DNA from: Pseudomonadota bacterium
GTDB lineage: Archaea; Thermoplasmatota; SW-10-69-26; JACQPN01; JAJPHT01
Direction: 5' to 3'
Assembly (NCBI GenBank): GCA_021325135.1
Contig: JAJPHT010000045.1
Coordinates: forward strand, 68,456 to 132,455
Length of the DNA stretch: 64,000 nt
Notes under the pieces: generated by a model
The model's database searches: none
What the model was told of the DNA's origin: nothing
Seen by the model: the letters and a program-made list of their open reading frames with translations, nothing else
In this document: in pieces, positions 37,933-47,947 of the stretch
How positions within the stretch are numbered: position 1 is the stretch's first letter
Layout of the letters: every line of letters starts with the position of its first letter
Translations under genes and position numbers: made by a program

Positions 37933-37971
37933 GCGCGGGAAGCGGGGCGGGGCGTCTTCAAGGCGCGGTGC

Positions 37972-38127
37972 TTACTGCCTGCGGGGCCGCCGGGCGGACT
38001 CCCGGGCCAGCGCGTAGGCGAGCAAGAGGATGCTGCCCGCGGCGGCCAGCGGCGCGTCCCAGAGCGCGCTGAAGAGGAGCAGGCCGAAGCCCGCGGCCAC
38101 CAGCGCGTCCTCGACGTTGCGGGACAT
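37972..38127 (-). CDS. Small two-TM protein (51 aa)
   Basis: MSRNVEDALVAAGFGLLLFSALWDAPLAAAGSILLLAYALARE. Confidence 0.5.
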   Translation of the reverse strand: MSRNVEDALVAAGFGLLLFSALWDAPLAAAGSILLLAYALARESARRPRRQ

Positions 38128-38200
38128 GGCCATCAGGCATGATATCGACGGCCATGGACCTTGAAGGGATCGGAGATTCCAAGGGACATCCAGGGACCTG

Positions 38201-39103
38201 TCAAGGTGGGGGCGCCACGTCCGCGTCCAGGAACGCGATCACCTTCGCCTCGTAGCCCGCGGGGTCCGCGCCGTGCGAGCCGACGTGGTACGCCTTCGGC
38301 TCCAGGAGCCACTGCGAGCCCGGGGGCGCCGCGTCGAACACCGCGCGGCCGTCCGCGTCGGGGAGCGCGATGTCGTCCGAGCCTCCCTGGATCACGAGGA
38401 CCGGCGCGCGCAGCGCGTGGACGGCCTTCACCGGCTGGTTCTGCGCGACGTCCTCGTGCACGAGGCGGCTCGCGAAGAAGACCGCCAGCGGCCCGAAGGG
38501 GTACTTGGGCAGGTGCGTGAAGTGCGTGATGCTGTGGCTCGCGATGTTCTCCAGCGTCGCGAAGCCGCTGTCGTCCACCACGGCGCGCACGGGGAGGTCC
38601 TCCGCGGCGTTGATCGCGGCGGCCGCCCCCATGCTGAGCCCCAGGAGCGCGACGTGCCCCATGGGGACGTCCCCTCGCGAGGCGAGCCACCCCCACGCGG
38701 CGTCCACGTCCTTCACCTCGTCGATGCCGACGGTGGTGTGGTCGCCGCCGCTCTCGCCGTGCGCGCGGAAGTCGAAGGCCAGCACGTTGTAGCCCGCCGC
38801 GTGCAGGAAGGGCGCGTAGGCGAGGCTCTGGTTCTTCGACTCGCCGTAGCCGTGCAGGACGACCACGGTCCCCTTGGCGGGCGAGGCGGGCATCCACCAG
38901 CCCACGAGGGGGATGCCGTCGGAGGCGTTGAACGCGACGCGCTGGTAGGCGAGGCCCACGTCCTCGGGCGTGGCCGTGGGCGCCGCGCGCGGCGGGTGGA
39001 CGAGGCTCTGGGCGGATTGATAGCTCACGAAGGCGACCGCGCCGCTGGCGACGACGAGGACGGAGACGGCGAGCGCGATGGCGGCCTTCCAGAAGAGCCT
39101 CAC
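38201..39103 (-). CDS. Membrane-anchored alpha/beta hydrolase (paralog 2)
   Basis: HGYG, DFRAHGES, GLSMG, IQGGSD, AYH. Confidence 0.9.
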   Translation of the reverse strand: MRLFWKAAIALAVSVLVVASGAVAFVSYQSAQSLVHPPRAAPTATPEDVGLAYQRVAFNASDGIPLVGWWMPASPAKGTVVVLHGYGESKNQSLAYAPFLHAAGYNVLAFDFRAHGESGGDHTTVGIDEVKDVDAAWGWLASRGDVPMGHVALLGLSMGAAAAINAAEDLPVRAVVDDSGFATLENIASHSITHFTHLPKYPFGPLAVFFASRLVHEDVAQNQPVKAVHALRAPVLVIQGGSDDIALPDADGRAVFDAAPPGSQWLLEPKAYHVGSHGADPAGYEAKVIAFLDADVAPPP

Positions 39104-40017
39104 GGCGGCGCCTCCTGGAGGCTCTGCGAGAGGAACGAGAGCACGCGCCCCTCGTACTCGGCCGCGCCTGCGCGCAGCGCGTCGGTGTGCGCGGCGCCGG
39201 GCACGACCCAGAGCTGGGCGCGCGACCCGGCGGCCTCCTGGAGCGCCACGCCGTTGTCCGGCGGGACCAGCGCGTCCTTGCCCCCCTGGATGAGGAGGAG
39301 CGGCTGCTGGCCGTCGCGGGCGGCGCGCGCGGGGTCGTCGTCGCCCGGCGCGTGGCCCGTCATCCACGAGGCGAAGAGGATCGTCGCGTCCCCCACCTGG
39401 GGCGGCAGGTTCGTCGCCTGGTGGAGGGAGCGGCCGGCCACGGCGGCGAGGCTCGCGAAGCTGCTGTCCGCGACCACGGCCTTGACGGCGGGCAGGCGCG
39501 GCGCGGCGTTGATGGCGGTGGCCGCGCCCATGCTCCAGCCCAGGAGCGCCACGGCGCCCGCGCCGCCGCGCGCCTCCAGCCAGCCCACGGCGCCCTCCAC
39601 GTCCTTCGTCTCCTCCACGCCCAGCGTCGTGTGCGTGCCGCCGCTCTCGCCGTGCGCGCGGAAGTCGAAGGCGAGCACGTTGTAGCCCGCCGCGTGCAGG
39701 AAGGGCGCGACGGCCAGCGACTGCTGCTTGCTGGCGCCATAGGCGTGGAGGAACACCACCGTCGCGGAGGCGCCCGGCGCGGGCATCCACCAGCCCACGA
39801 GGGGAACGCCGTCGAGGGAGGAGAACGTCACGCGCTCGTAGGGGATGCCGAGGTCCGCGGGCGTCTGCGTCACGGGGACGCGGGGAGGGTGGATGACGTG
39901 GTCCGCCGCGTACCACGCGATGCCGGCCACGCCCAGCGTCGCGGCCACCAGCGCGACGGCGAGCCCCCCTGCGCCCCACGCCAGGGCGCGCCGGTGACGC
40001 GGGGAGCCGACAAGCAC
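39100..40017 (-). CDS. Membrane-anchored alpha/beta hydrolase (paralog 1)
   Basis: HAYG, DFRAHGES, GWSMG, IQGGKD, GAAH. Confidence 0.9.
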   Translation of the reverse strand: MLVGSPRHRRALAWGAGGLAVALVAATLGVAGIAWYAADHVIHPPRVPVTQTPADLGIPYERVTFSSLDGVPLVGWWMPAPGASATVVFLHAYGASKQQSLAVAPFLHAAGYNVLAFDFRAHGESGGTHTTLGVEETKDVEGAVGWLEARGGAGAVALLGWSMGAATAINAAPRLPAVKAVVADSSFASLAAVAGRSLHQATNLPPQVGDATILFASWMTGHAPGDDDPARAARDGQQPLLLIQGGKDALVPPDNGVALQEAAGSRAQLWVVPGAAHTDALRAGAAEYEGRVLSFLSQSLQEAPP

Positions 40018-40167
40018 GGCTCCTGGCCTCGTCCTCAGGACGTACTTGACGGTATGCCCGCGCGCGCTGTGGCGGGAGCGTGCGGGGAGGAAAGCGAGGG
40101 CTCCGCCGCCGGAGGATTGACGCGACCGTCACAACCCCTTTGGCGCTGCGACGCCAGACGGCGCGGG

Positions 40168-40524
40168 ATGGCGCCAGACCACGTCAGCGGCGGAGCCAGG
40201 AGGGACGCTCGCTTCGCCACGCGGCTTTCGGAGCGCGCCGCCGAGCGCGCGCACACCCTCCACCGCATGCGCGGCGGCATCATGGTGGTCATCTCCCTCA
40301 TCACGGGCGCCAGCGTGTTCACGTTCCTCATCTGGGCCGTCTTGGTCGTGACGCGCCAGCCGGGCGCGCCCAACGTGGGCATCCTGGGCTACGTCATCGC
40401 GCAGCTGATGAACGTCGTCGTGCTCTTCCTCGCGTGGATCACGCTGGAGGCCCTGGGGCGCATCGAGCGCGAGACCGACCGCGTGCAGCAGTTCATGGAC
40501 AACGTGTACCGCCGCATGCCGTGA
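40168..40524 (+). CDS. Two-TM membrane protein
   Basis: Two hydrophobic helices; genome-typical codons. Confidence 0.65.
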   Translation: MAPDHVSGGARRDARFATRLSERAAERAHTLHRMRGGIMVVISLITGASVFTFLIWAVLVVTRQPGAPNVGILGYVIAQLMNVVVLFLAWITLEALGRIERETDRVQQFMDNVYRRMP

Positions 40525-40586
40525 GAGGTAACAGCGGCGTCCGGCGAGCCAAAGCTCAAAGCCGGAGGGTGGATGTTACCTGTCGG

Positions 40587-40907
40587 ATGGATGCACCCCG
40601 CTTTGAGTCCTACACGTCCCTCGCGGCCGCCGCGGCCGCGCTCACCGCCGAGGCCGCGGCCCTCGCCACCCGGGCCGCTGGCCCCGCTGGCCGCCACCGC
40701 GCCGTGGAGCGCGCGGTCCTCATCGCCACGGAGGCCGCCCGCGACCTCGACCAGTGCCCCGGGCGCGACGACGCCTACCGCCTCTGCGTCTCTAGCCTCT
40801 GCGCCGCCAGCATCGCGCTGGCCGAGGCGAAGAACGCGCTCGCCGACGTGCCCCGCCTGCCCGTCCTGGCCCCCGAGCCGGTGGCGGGCGCGCCGTGGGC
40901 GCCCTGA
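40587..40907 (+). CDS. Ala-rich hypothetical protein
   Basis: MDAPRFESY...; 106 aa. Confidence 0.5.
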   Translation: MDAPRFESYTSLAAAAAALTAEAAALATRAAGPAGRHRAVERAVLIATEAARDLDQCPGRDDAYRLCVSSLCAASIALAEAKNALADVPRLPVLAPEPVAGAPWAP

Positions 40908-40968
40908 AGGGACGCCTGGAGAACGCGCGTTCAGGACGCCTTATCGCCCACGGGGCGGAGGCCCGGCC

Positions 40969-41325
40969 ATGACGCGCCCGTTCGTCGGCACGGCCCTCGC
41001 GTGCACCCTGGCCTTCCTGACGCCGTGGGCCATCCTCTCGGTCCTCCTCCCGCAACCCTGGCGCGTGGAGGGGCTGGCGCTCCTCTCGGGCCTGGGCGGC
41101 CTCCTCGTCTGCTCCGGCGTCTGGGCCAGCCGCAAGGCGCAGACGCTGGGCCTCGACCCGGAAGGGTGGGCCTTCGCCGCCGTCGTGACGGCCGGCTACG
41201 CCAACGCCGTCCTCCTGTTCAACCCCAAGCCGCGCCCCTCCCTGGCGTACCTCTGCCACGAGTGCGGCCGCGAAGGACGCCTCCACGAGCCGTTCTGCTT
41301 CGGGTGCGGCGCGGTCGGCGCATAG
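40969..41325 (+). CDS. Membrane protein with C-terminal zinc ribbon
   Basis: Three hydrophobic segments, then CHECG...FCFGCG. Confidence 0.7.
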   Translation: MTRPFVGTALACTLAFLTPWAILSVLLPQPWRVEGLALLSGLGGLLVCSGVWASRKAQTLGLDPEGWAFAAVVTAGYANAVLLFNPKPRPSLAYLCHECGREGRLHEPFCFGCGAVGA

Positions 41326-41340
41326 AGCAGGATCGTTTAC

Positions 41341-41453
41341 GCCGCGCCGCAGCGCGGCGACCCAAGGGGGGTTCGGGGGGCTCGCCCCCTGACGTTTCGT
41401 ATCCCCTGATCAAACGGTCAAAACGTCAGGGTGCTGCGCCCCCCGAACCCCCC
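41341..41453. repeat. Repeat family B, inverted doublet with 27-nt spacer
   Basis: CGCGCCGCAGCGCG..GGGTTCGGGGGGCTCGCCCCCTGACGT-spacer-ACGTCAGGGTGCTGCGCCCCCCGAACCC. Confidence 0.85.
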
Positions 41454-41555
41454 ACTTTTGCCGGTACCCCAAGCCAGATGCCCCTGGCAAGGCTCGCGCA
41501 AGGTGCGGATACGCTTATGAACAGGATGCTGGATGGTCGCGCGTCCGGGACCCCC

Positions 41556-42728
41556 ATGTCCGTGCTTTCTGCCCCCTCGATCCGCGACCGGGCCCGCGCC
41601 CGGGGCGAGCCCGCGTGGCTGGCGGACGTCCGCGCCGAGGCCTTCCAGCGCTTCGCCGGCATGGAGGCGCCCCGCTGGCGGCGCACCGACCTCTCCGGCG
41701 TCGACCTGCAGGGGCTCGCCCGCCGCGCCGCCGACGCGCCCGCCCCCGCCGTCAAGGCCCCCAAGCAGACGGGCGTGCTGGTCATGCCCCTGGCCGACGC
41801 CGCGCGGGAGCACCCCGACCTCGTGCGCCCCCTGGTGGGCATCCACCCGCGCGCCGACAAGTGGGAGATCCTCCAGACTGCGCTCTGGTCCTCGGGCCAT
41901 CTCGTCTTCGTGGAGAAGGGCGTCGAGGTGGCGGAGCCCCTGGGGCTGGAGGAGCGCGTCGCCCCCGCCGGCGCCCTCGCCCGCGACGTCGTCGTCCTGG
42001 AGCGCGCCGCCAAGGCCACGCTCCTCTCCCGCCAGCGCGGCGCCTCCAAGGGCTCCCTCGTCCTCGCCGGCACCGAGGTCGAGGTCCGCGACGGCGCCTC
42101 CCTCTCCCTCGCCACGCTCCAGGACCTGGACCACGGCGCGCACCTCCTGGGCTCCCGCCGGGCCACCCTGCGCCGCGACGCCACCCTCTCGTGGGTGGAC
42201 GGCCAGTTCGGCGCGGGCACGTCCGTCGTCGTCAACGAGACCACGCTCTCGGGCCCCGGCAGCAACCTGCGCTTCATCGGCGCGTTCTTCGGCAGCGCGG
42301 GCCAGCACATGGACGTCACCAACTCGGCGTTCCACGACGGCGCGCACACCTCCTCGCAGCTGGACATGAAGGGCGCGCTGACCGAGGACGGCTACTCGGC
42401 CAACTACTCCATCGTCAACATCGGCCCGCAGGCGCGCAACGCGTCGGGCCACCAGCACCAGGAGACGCTCATCCTCAGCGAGGGCGCGCGCGCCGACGCC
42501 ATCCCCAAGCTGGACGTGGAGAACAACGACGTCTCCGCGAGCCACGGCGCGACGGTGGGCCAGGTGGACCCCGAGCAGCTCTTCTACCTCCAGGCGCGCG
42601 GCTTCCACGAGCTGGCGGCCAAGCGCCTCATCGTGGAGGGCTTCTTCGGCCCCCTGCTGGAGCAGGTGCCCGTGGAGGAGGTCCGCGAGGAGCTTCGCGG
42701 CGCCCTCGTCGGGCGGCTGAAGGGTTGA
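41556..42728 (+). CDS. sufD: Fe-S assembly protein SufD
   Basis: WRRTDL, ARADAIPKLDVENNDVSASHGATVGQVDPEQLFYLQARG. Confidence 0.9.
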   Translation: MSVLSAPSIRDRARARGEPAWLADVRAEAFQRFAGMEAPRWRRTDLSGVDLQGLARRAADAPAPAVKAPKQTGVLVMPLADAAREHPDLVRPLVGIHPRADKWEILQTALWSSGHLVFVEKGVEVAEPLGLEERVAPAGALARDVVVLERAAKATLLSRQRGASKGSLVLAGTEVEVRDGASLSLATLQDLDHGAHLLGSRRATLRRDATLSWVDGQFGAGTSVVVNETTLSGPGSNLRFIGAFFGSAGQHMDVTNSAFHDGAHTSSQLDMKGALTEDGYSANYSIVNIGPQARNASGHQHQETLILSEGARADAIPKLDVENNDVSASHGATVGQVDPEQLFYLQARGFHELAAKRLIVEGFFGPLLEQVPVEEVREELRGALVGRLKG

Positions 42729-42753
42729 AGGAGTAGGCGGACCAGGTGTGACC

Positions 42754-43977
42754 ATGCTCGACGCGAAGGCCGTGCGCAGGGACTTCCCCATCCTGGACCG
42801 CAAGGTCTCTGGCGGGAAGCCCCTCGTGTACCTGGACAACGCGGCGACGACGCAGAAGCCCACGCAGGTCATCGACGCGATGGACCGCTACTACCGCGAG
42901 ACCAACAGCAACGTCCACCGCAGCATCCACGAGCTTGGCGAGCGCGCGACGGAGCAGTACGTCGCGGCCCACGAGCGCGTGGCCGAGTTCATCGGCGCCT
43001 CGTCCTACGAGGAGATCGTCTTCACCAAGAACTGCACCGAGGCGCTCAACCTCGTGGCCTACAGCAGGGGCCTGCGCGAGCTGAAGCCGGGCGACGAGGT
43101 CGTCATCAGCCAGATGGAGCACCACAGCAACTTCGTGCCCTGGCTGGAGGTCTGCCGCCTCACGGGCGCGAAGCTGCGCATCGTGCCGCTCACGCCGGAG
43201 GGCATGCTGGACATGGCCGCCTACGAGGCCGCGCTCTCGCGCCGCACGCGCCTCGTGAGCCTCACCGCCATGAGCAACGTGCTGGGCACCATCACGCCGG
43301 TCAAGGAGATCGTGAAGCTGGGCCACGAGGCCGGCGCCACGGTGATCATCGACGGCGCGCAGAGCGTCCCGCACTCGGCCACCGACGTGCGCGCGACCGG
43401 CGAGGACTTCCTGGCCTTCAGCGCGCACAAGATGCTGGGCCCCACGGGCATCGGCGTCCTCTACGGCAGGCGCGAGAAGCTCCTGGAGATGGAGCCCTTC
43501 CTCTTCGGGGGCGAGATGATCGGCCGCGTCACCAACGAGGGCGCGACGTGGAACGACCTCCCCTGGAAGTTCGAGGCGGGGACGCCCGTCATCGCCGAGG
43601 CCGTCGGCCTCCACGCGGCCATCGACTACCTGGACGCCCTGGGCATGGACGCCATCCACCAGCACGAGCGCAAGCTGGTGGAGCGCGCCTTCGAGCGCCT
43701 CGCGCACCTCCCCGTGAAGATCATCGGTCCTCCCCCCTCCAAGCGCGGCGGCCTGGTCGCCGTGGAGATGGAGGGCATCCACGCCCACGATCTCGCCAGC
43801 CTCCTCAACGACCAGGGCGTCGCCGTCCGCGCGGGGCACCACTGCGCGCAGCCGCTCATGAACGCCCTGGGCATCGCGAGCACCGTGCGCGCCTCCTTCT
43901 ACGTCTACAACACGCCCGCCGAGGTCGACGCCTTCGTCGCCGCCTTGGAGCACGCGAGGAAGGTGTTCCAGCTGTGA
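42754..43977 (+). CDS. sufS: Cysteine desulfurase SufS
   Basis: YLDNAATTQKP, EHHSN, FSAHKMLGPTG, RAGHHCAQP. Confidence 0.95.
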   Translation: MLDAKAVRRDFPILDRKVSGGKPLVYLDNAATTQKPTQVIDAMDRYYRETNSNVHRSIHELGERATEQYVAAHERVAEFIGASSYEEIVFTKNCTEALNLVAYSRGLRELKPGDEVVISQMEHHSNFVPWLEVCRLTGAKLRIVPLTPEGMLDMAAYEAALSRRTRLVSLTAMSNVLGTITPVKEIVKLGHEAGATVIIDGAQSVPHSATDVRATGEDFLAFSAHKMLGPTGIGVLYGRREKLLEMEPFLFGGEMIGRVTNEGATWNDLPWKFEAGTPVIAEAVGLHAAIDYLDALGMDAIHQHERKLVERAFERLAHLPVKIIGPPPSKRGGLVAVEMEGIHAHDLASLLNDQGVAVRAGHHCAQPLMNALGIASTVRASFYVYNTPAEVDAFVAALEHARKVFQL

Positions 43978-44435
43978 CAGACGGAATCGAGGACCGGATC
44001 GCCCGGGGCTCCGCCCCGAACCCCTCTGGGGCTGCGCCCTCGGGCGAGGACATGTACCGCGAGCACATCCTCGACCACTACAAGCACCCGCGCAACTTCG
44101 GCGTGCTCAAGCCCGCGGCCGTCGACCACGAGGCCAACAACCCCCTCTGCGGCGACCAGATCCGTCTCACGTTCAACGTGAACGACAAGGACGAGATCAG
44201 CGACGTGAAGTTCACCGGCCGCGGCTGCGCCATCTCGCAGGCCAGCGCGAGCCTCCTCACCTCCCGCGTCAAGGGCAAGCCCCTCTCCGAGATCAAGGCG
44301 ATCGACCGCGACCAGGTCGTCCAGATGCTCGGCATCCCCATCAGCCCCGTGCGCCTCAAGTGCGCCCTCCTCTCCCTCGCGGTCCTCCGCGAGGGCATCG
44401 AGATCTACGAGAAGAAGCTCCCTCCCCCTGGATGA
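43974..44435 (+). CDS. sufU: SufU/IscU-family sulfur transfer protein
   Basis: [28 protein letters not shown]; GTG overlaps the sufS stop (alternative ATG at 44052). Confidence 0.9.
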   Translation: MTDGIEDRIARGSAPNPSGAAPSGEDMYREHILDHYKHPRNFGVLKPAAVDHEANNPLCGDQIRLTFNVNDKDEISDVKFTGRGCAISQASASLLTSRVKGKPLSEIKAIDRDQVVQMLGIPISPVRLKCALLSLAVLREGIEIYEKKLPPPG

Positions 44436-44439
44436 TATC

Positions 44440-45189
44440 ATGGCCAACGTCCCCGAGCTTGAGATCAAGAACCTCCACGTCTCCGTCGAGGAGAAGCCCA
44501 TCCTCAAGGGCGTGAACCTGAAGGTGCAGAAGGGCGAGGTCCACGCCCTCATGGGCCCCAACGGCTCGGGGAAGAGCACGCTCTCCTACACGCTCATGGG
44601 CCACCCCAAGTACCAGGTGACGCAGGGCGACATCCTGGTGCGCGGCAAGAGCATCCTGGAGCTGCCGCCTGACGAGCGCGCCCGCCAGGGGCTCTTCCTC
44701 GCCTTCCAGTACCCCATGACGATCCCCGGCGTGACCGTGCAGAACTTCCTGCGCGCCGCCTACAACGGCAGCAAGGGGAAGGACCTGACGCCCCTGGAGT
44801 TCAACATGATCCTCCTGGAGAAGATGCGGAAGCTGGGCGTCGAGCCGCAGTTCGCGCGGCGCTACGTCAACGAGGGCTTCTCCGGGGGCGAGAAGAAGCG
44901 CCTGGAGGTGCTCCAGATGGCGATCCTGGAGCCCACCGTCGCCGTGCTCGACGAGCCCGACTCGGGCCTGGACATCGACGCCGTGCGCATCGTCGCCGAC
45001 GGCATCAACGCCTACAAGGGCCCGCAGAACGGCGTGCTCATCATCACGCACTACCAGCGCATCCTGAACTACGTGAACCCCACCAAGGTCACGGTCATCC
45101 TCGACGGCCGCGTCGTCAAGGACGGGGGCCCCGAGCTGGCGCTCCAGCTTGAGGACAAGGGGTACGACTGGCTCCGGCCGGTCGCCTGA
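44440..45189 (+). CDS. sufC: Fe-S assembly ATPase SufC
   Basis: [42 protein letters not shown]. Confidence 0.95.
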   Translation: MANVPELEIKNLHVSVEEKPILKGVNLKVQKGEVHALMGPNGSGKSTLSYTLMGHPKYQVTQGDILVRGKSILELPPDERARQGLFLAFQYPMTIPGVTVQNFLRAAYNGSKGKDLTPLEFNMILLEKMRKLGVEPQFARRYVNEGFSGGEKKRLEVLQMAILEPTVAVLDEPDSGLDIDAVRIVADGINAYKGPQNGVLIITHYQRILNYVNPTKVTVILDGRVVKDGGPELALQLEDKGYDWLRPVA

Positions 45190-45360
45190 CCCGTCCGGCC
45201 ACCACCGCCGGTGGGCGCGACGCCTTGACGCACCGCCAGGGCCGCCGAGGTCATCGATGAAGAAGCTCCGCCTGCGGATGCTCCACGAGCCGCGGCCGCG
45301 CGCCTCCCATCGACGAGGCGGCCACGCCGCTCAATAGCGGCCACGCCCAAGCCCGCTCCC

Positions 45361-46440
45361 TTGCGACCGAGCCTGCGCCCCCGGGAGACGCCCCGCGCCT
45401 TCGCGGCGCCCCCGCTTCTGCGCGTCGCCCTGGAGACGCGCGCCTCGCCCGCGGGCGGCGTGCTGGACCCGCCGTTCCGGTGGGACGACGTCCTCGACGG
45501 CCTGCCCCCGCGCCCCCAGGAGCGCGACCCGCCCGCGTACTGCGTCCGCGGCCCCGAGGTGCTGGCGGGGACGTGGCGCGTGGAGACGGCCCTGGTCGTG
45601 CGCGCGCAGGGGCGCCTCGTGGAGGCGGAGGACCGGCTTTGCGTCACGCGGCGCGCGCTGGCCGGGGCCATCCAGACCGAGCGCGCCGTCGTGGGCGCAC
45701 GATTGGAGGAGGCGAAGCGGCGCGGCGTTCCCGCGGGCCTCCTCGACCCCGCCCGCGCCGCGACGAAGGGGCTCGCCGCGCTGCCCGATCGCCTCGGCCA
45801 GGCGGCGCGCCGCGCGCGGCACGCCCTCGCGACGCGCGAAGGGCGCAGGATGCTCTGGGCGGGGCTGCGCGATCCGCACCGCCTTCACCCCGAGCAGAAG
45901 GCGGTCGCCCTCTTCACCGGGACGTGCGCGCTCCTGGGGCTCCTGCTCCTCGCGCACCTCGCCGTGACGCTGGTCGCGCCGCGCTTCGCGGTGCCGTGGC
46001 GCTCGGGCGTGCTGCTCTTCCTTTACGGCTACGTGAGCAGCGTCGGCATCCCGCTCCCCTGGGAGCCCGCGCTCCTGGCGGGCGCGGTGATCGTGGGCCC
46101 CGTCGTGGCCATCGCCGTGGCGCTCCTGGCGAAGCTCGTGGCGGGCTACATGGTCTTCTTCGTGGGCGACGAGGTCAACGAGAAATTGGAGCGCCGCGCC
46201 GCGCGCTCCCCCCTCTTCGCCAAGGGGCTGCGCCTCGCGGAGGCGTTCGCGCGCCGCTTCGGCGTCTTCGCCATGGCACTCTTCATCTTCACGCCGGGGC
46301 TCCCCGACGCGGTCGCGCTCTACGTCTTCGGAAGCCTGGGCATGCCCGTGCGGCGCTACCTGGCGGGCATCCTCGTGGGCGCCGCCGCGCTGGACCTCGT
46401 CGTCGTGTACGGCGGGCTGCGCGTGCTGGGGATCGGGTGA
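45361..46440 (+). CDS. Membrane protein with C-terminal DedA/VTT-like domain
   Basis: IPLPWEP, FTPGLPD..YVFG..GMPVRRY. Start uncertain. Confidence 0.6.
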   Translation: MRPSLRPRETPRAFAAPPLLRVALETRASPAGGVLDPPFRWDDVLDGLPPRPQERDPPAYCVRGPEVLAGTWRVETALVVRAQGRLVEAEDRLCVTRRALAGAIQTERAVVGARLEEAKRRGVPAGLLDPARAATKGLAALPDRLGQAARRARHALATREGRRMLWAGLRDPHRLHPEQKAVALFTGTCALLGLLLLAHLAVTLVAPRFAVPWRSGVLLFLYGYVSSVGIPLPWEPALLAGAVIVGPVVAIAVALLAKLVAGYMVFFVGDEVNEKLERRAARSPLFAKGLRLAEAFARRFGVFAMALFIFTPGLPDAVALYVFGSLGMPVRRYLAGILVGAAALDLVVVYGGLRVLGIG

Positions 46441-46678
46441 GAATGGGGCGGGGCGCCGAGGTTGAGGCGATGGCGCCCCGCCGTGGAGGCGCCCCCCGGG
46501 TTTGGAGTAGGAGGCTCCGGGGGGCTGGCCGTCCCTTCGGAGGTTCGAAGGGGCTGCCGAGGCGCTCCAGAGTCCCATGGCGGTTAGCCTTTGTGGAGGA
46601 CAGGTGCAGAGCCCAACCCCTCGTCTCCACCTATCCACCGTGGCGAATGGAATGTTACTGGGGTTACAGGGCTTGGCG

Positions 46679-47425
46679 TTATCCGGGGAGGAGCGAGCCG
46701 TGGGACTTCTCGCCGTAGCGCACCGCGACGAGGTTGTAGACCTCCGCCTGCTCGCCGATCTGGTAGGAGAGGTCGTTGCCGTAGTCGGCCGAGAAGACGT
46801 GCACCGCGAAGATGCGCTGCTGGCTCTTGTCCGGGAAGACCTCCACCATGCGGTGCTCGAAGCGCGCAGCCTGGAGCACCTCCCCCCAGGGGAGCGTCAC
46901 GGAGGGGCGGCCCGTGTAGAGGACGTTGGCGTACACCGCGTCAGTCTCGCCCGGGTAGGTCTGGTTGTACTGGTAGGACGAGTTGCGCAGCACGCGGTCG
47001 GGCAGCCGCGGCGAGTACGTCGTCTGGAAGCCGTGCGAGTCGGTGAGGTTCGCCACCGTCCAGTTGGAGGCGTCGATCCAGCGCGAGTACGAGGCGCGGG
47101 GAGTGCTGCCCGCGACGCCTTCCGTCTCCTGCGTCACGAAGAAGGTCGCGTTGCCCACCTGCGCCTCGCGCACGACGCGGATGGTCCTCGCGTGGCCGCT
47201 GGACGTCTCGTAGTCCCACGCGTCGCCCACGTGCCACGTCGCGTTGGTCACGTAGCCCGGATCGCTGAGGTCGGGCGTGGGCGGAGGCTTCGTGCTGGGC
47301 GTGGGCGTCGGCGGCACGACCGAGACGTCGGTGGGCTGCGCGAGCCGCTCGTCCCCCGCGCCGTGGCCCAGGCAGCCCACGAGCCCCGAGGCCAGGAGCG
47401 CCAGGATCGCGGCCCGCCATCTCAC
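46679..47425 (-). CDS. Predicted lipoprotein
   Basis: LLASGLVGC lipobox, P/T linker, WHVGDAWDY. Confidence 0.7.
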   Translation of the reverse strand: MRWRAAILALLASGLVGCLGHGAGDERLAQPTDVSVVPPTPTPSTKPPPTPDLSDPGYVTNATWHVGDAWDYETSSGHARTIRVVREAQVGNATFFVTQETEGVAGSTPRASYSRWIDASNWTVANLTDSHGFQTTYSPRLPDRVLRNSSYQYNQTYPGETDAVYANVLYTGRPSVTLPWGEVLQAARFEHRMVEVFPDKSQQRIFAVHVFSADYGNDLSYQIGEQAEVYNLVAVRYGEKSHGSLLPG

Positions 47426-47511
47426 GAGAGGGGCAAGCCGGGCCCGCCTCAAAAAAGCCCCGTCCCAGCGCGGGATGGCGTTTATCTACAGGACCCGCGT
47501 AGCGTGGCCGC

Positions 47512-47943
47512 ATGAAGGTCCAGAAGGGCGACACGGTCGCCGTTCGCTACACCGGCCGCCTCGACTCGGGGGACGTCTTCGACAGCAACGCCGAGTCGGG
47601 GGAGCCCCTGGAGTTCCAGGTGGGCGCGGGGCACGTCATCCCCGGCTTCGACACGGCCGTCATGGGCCTCGCCAAGGGCGAGTCGCGCACCATCCGCATC
47701 CCGCCCGAGGAGGCCTACGGCCCCCGCGACGAGCGCCTCGTCACCAAGCTGGACCGCAGCCTCTTCGAGGGCGGCGAGATCAGCATCGGCCAGCACCTGG
47801 ACCTGGAGGACGAGGGGGGCAACGTGTACCACGCGGACGTGGTGGACTTCGACGACCGCAGCGTCACCGTGGACCTCAACCACCACCTCGCCGGGCAGGC
47901 CCTCACCTTCGACATCATGGTGGAGAGCATCGAGCGCGCCTGA
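47512..47943 (+). CDS. slyD: FKBP-type peptidyl-prolyl isomerase (SlyD-like)
   Basis: YTGRLDSGDVFDS, IPGFD, PEEAYG, DLNHHLAGQALTF. Confidence 0.92.
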   Translation: MKVQKGDTVAVRYTGRLDSGDVFDSNAESGEPLEFQVGAGHVIPGFDTAVMGLAKGESRTIRIPPEEAYGPRDERLVTKLDRSLFEGGEISIGQHLDLEDEGGNVYHADVVDFDDRSVTVDLNHHLAGQALTFDIMVESIERA

Positions 47944-47947
47944 GAGC

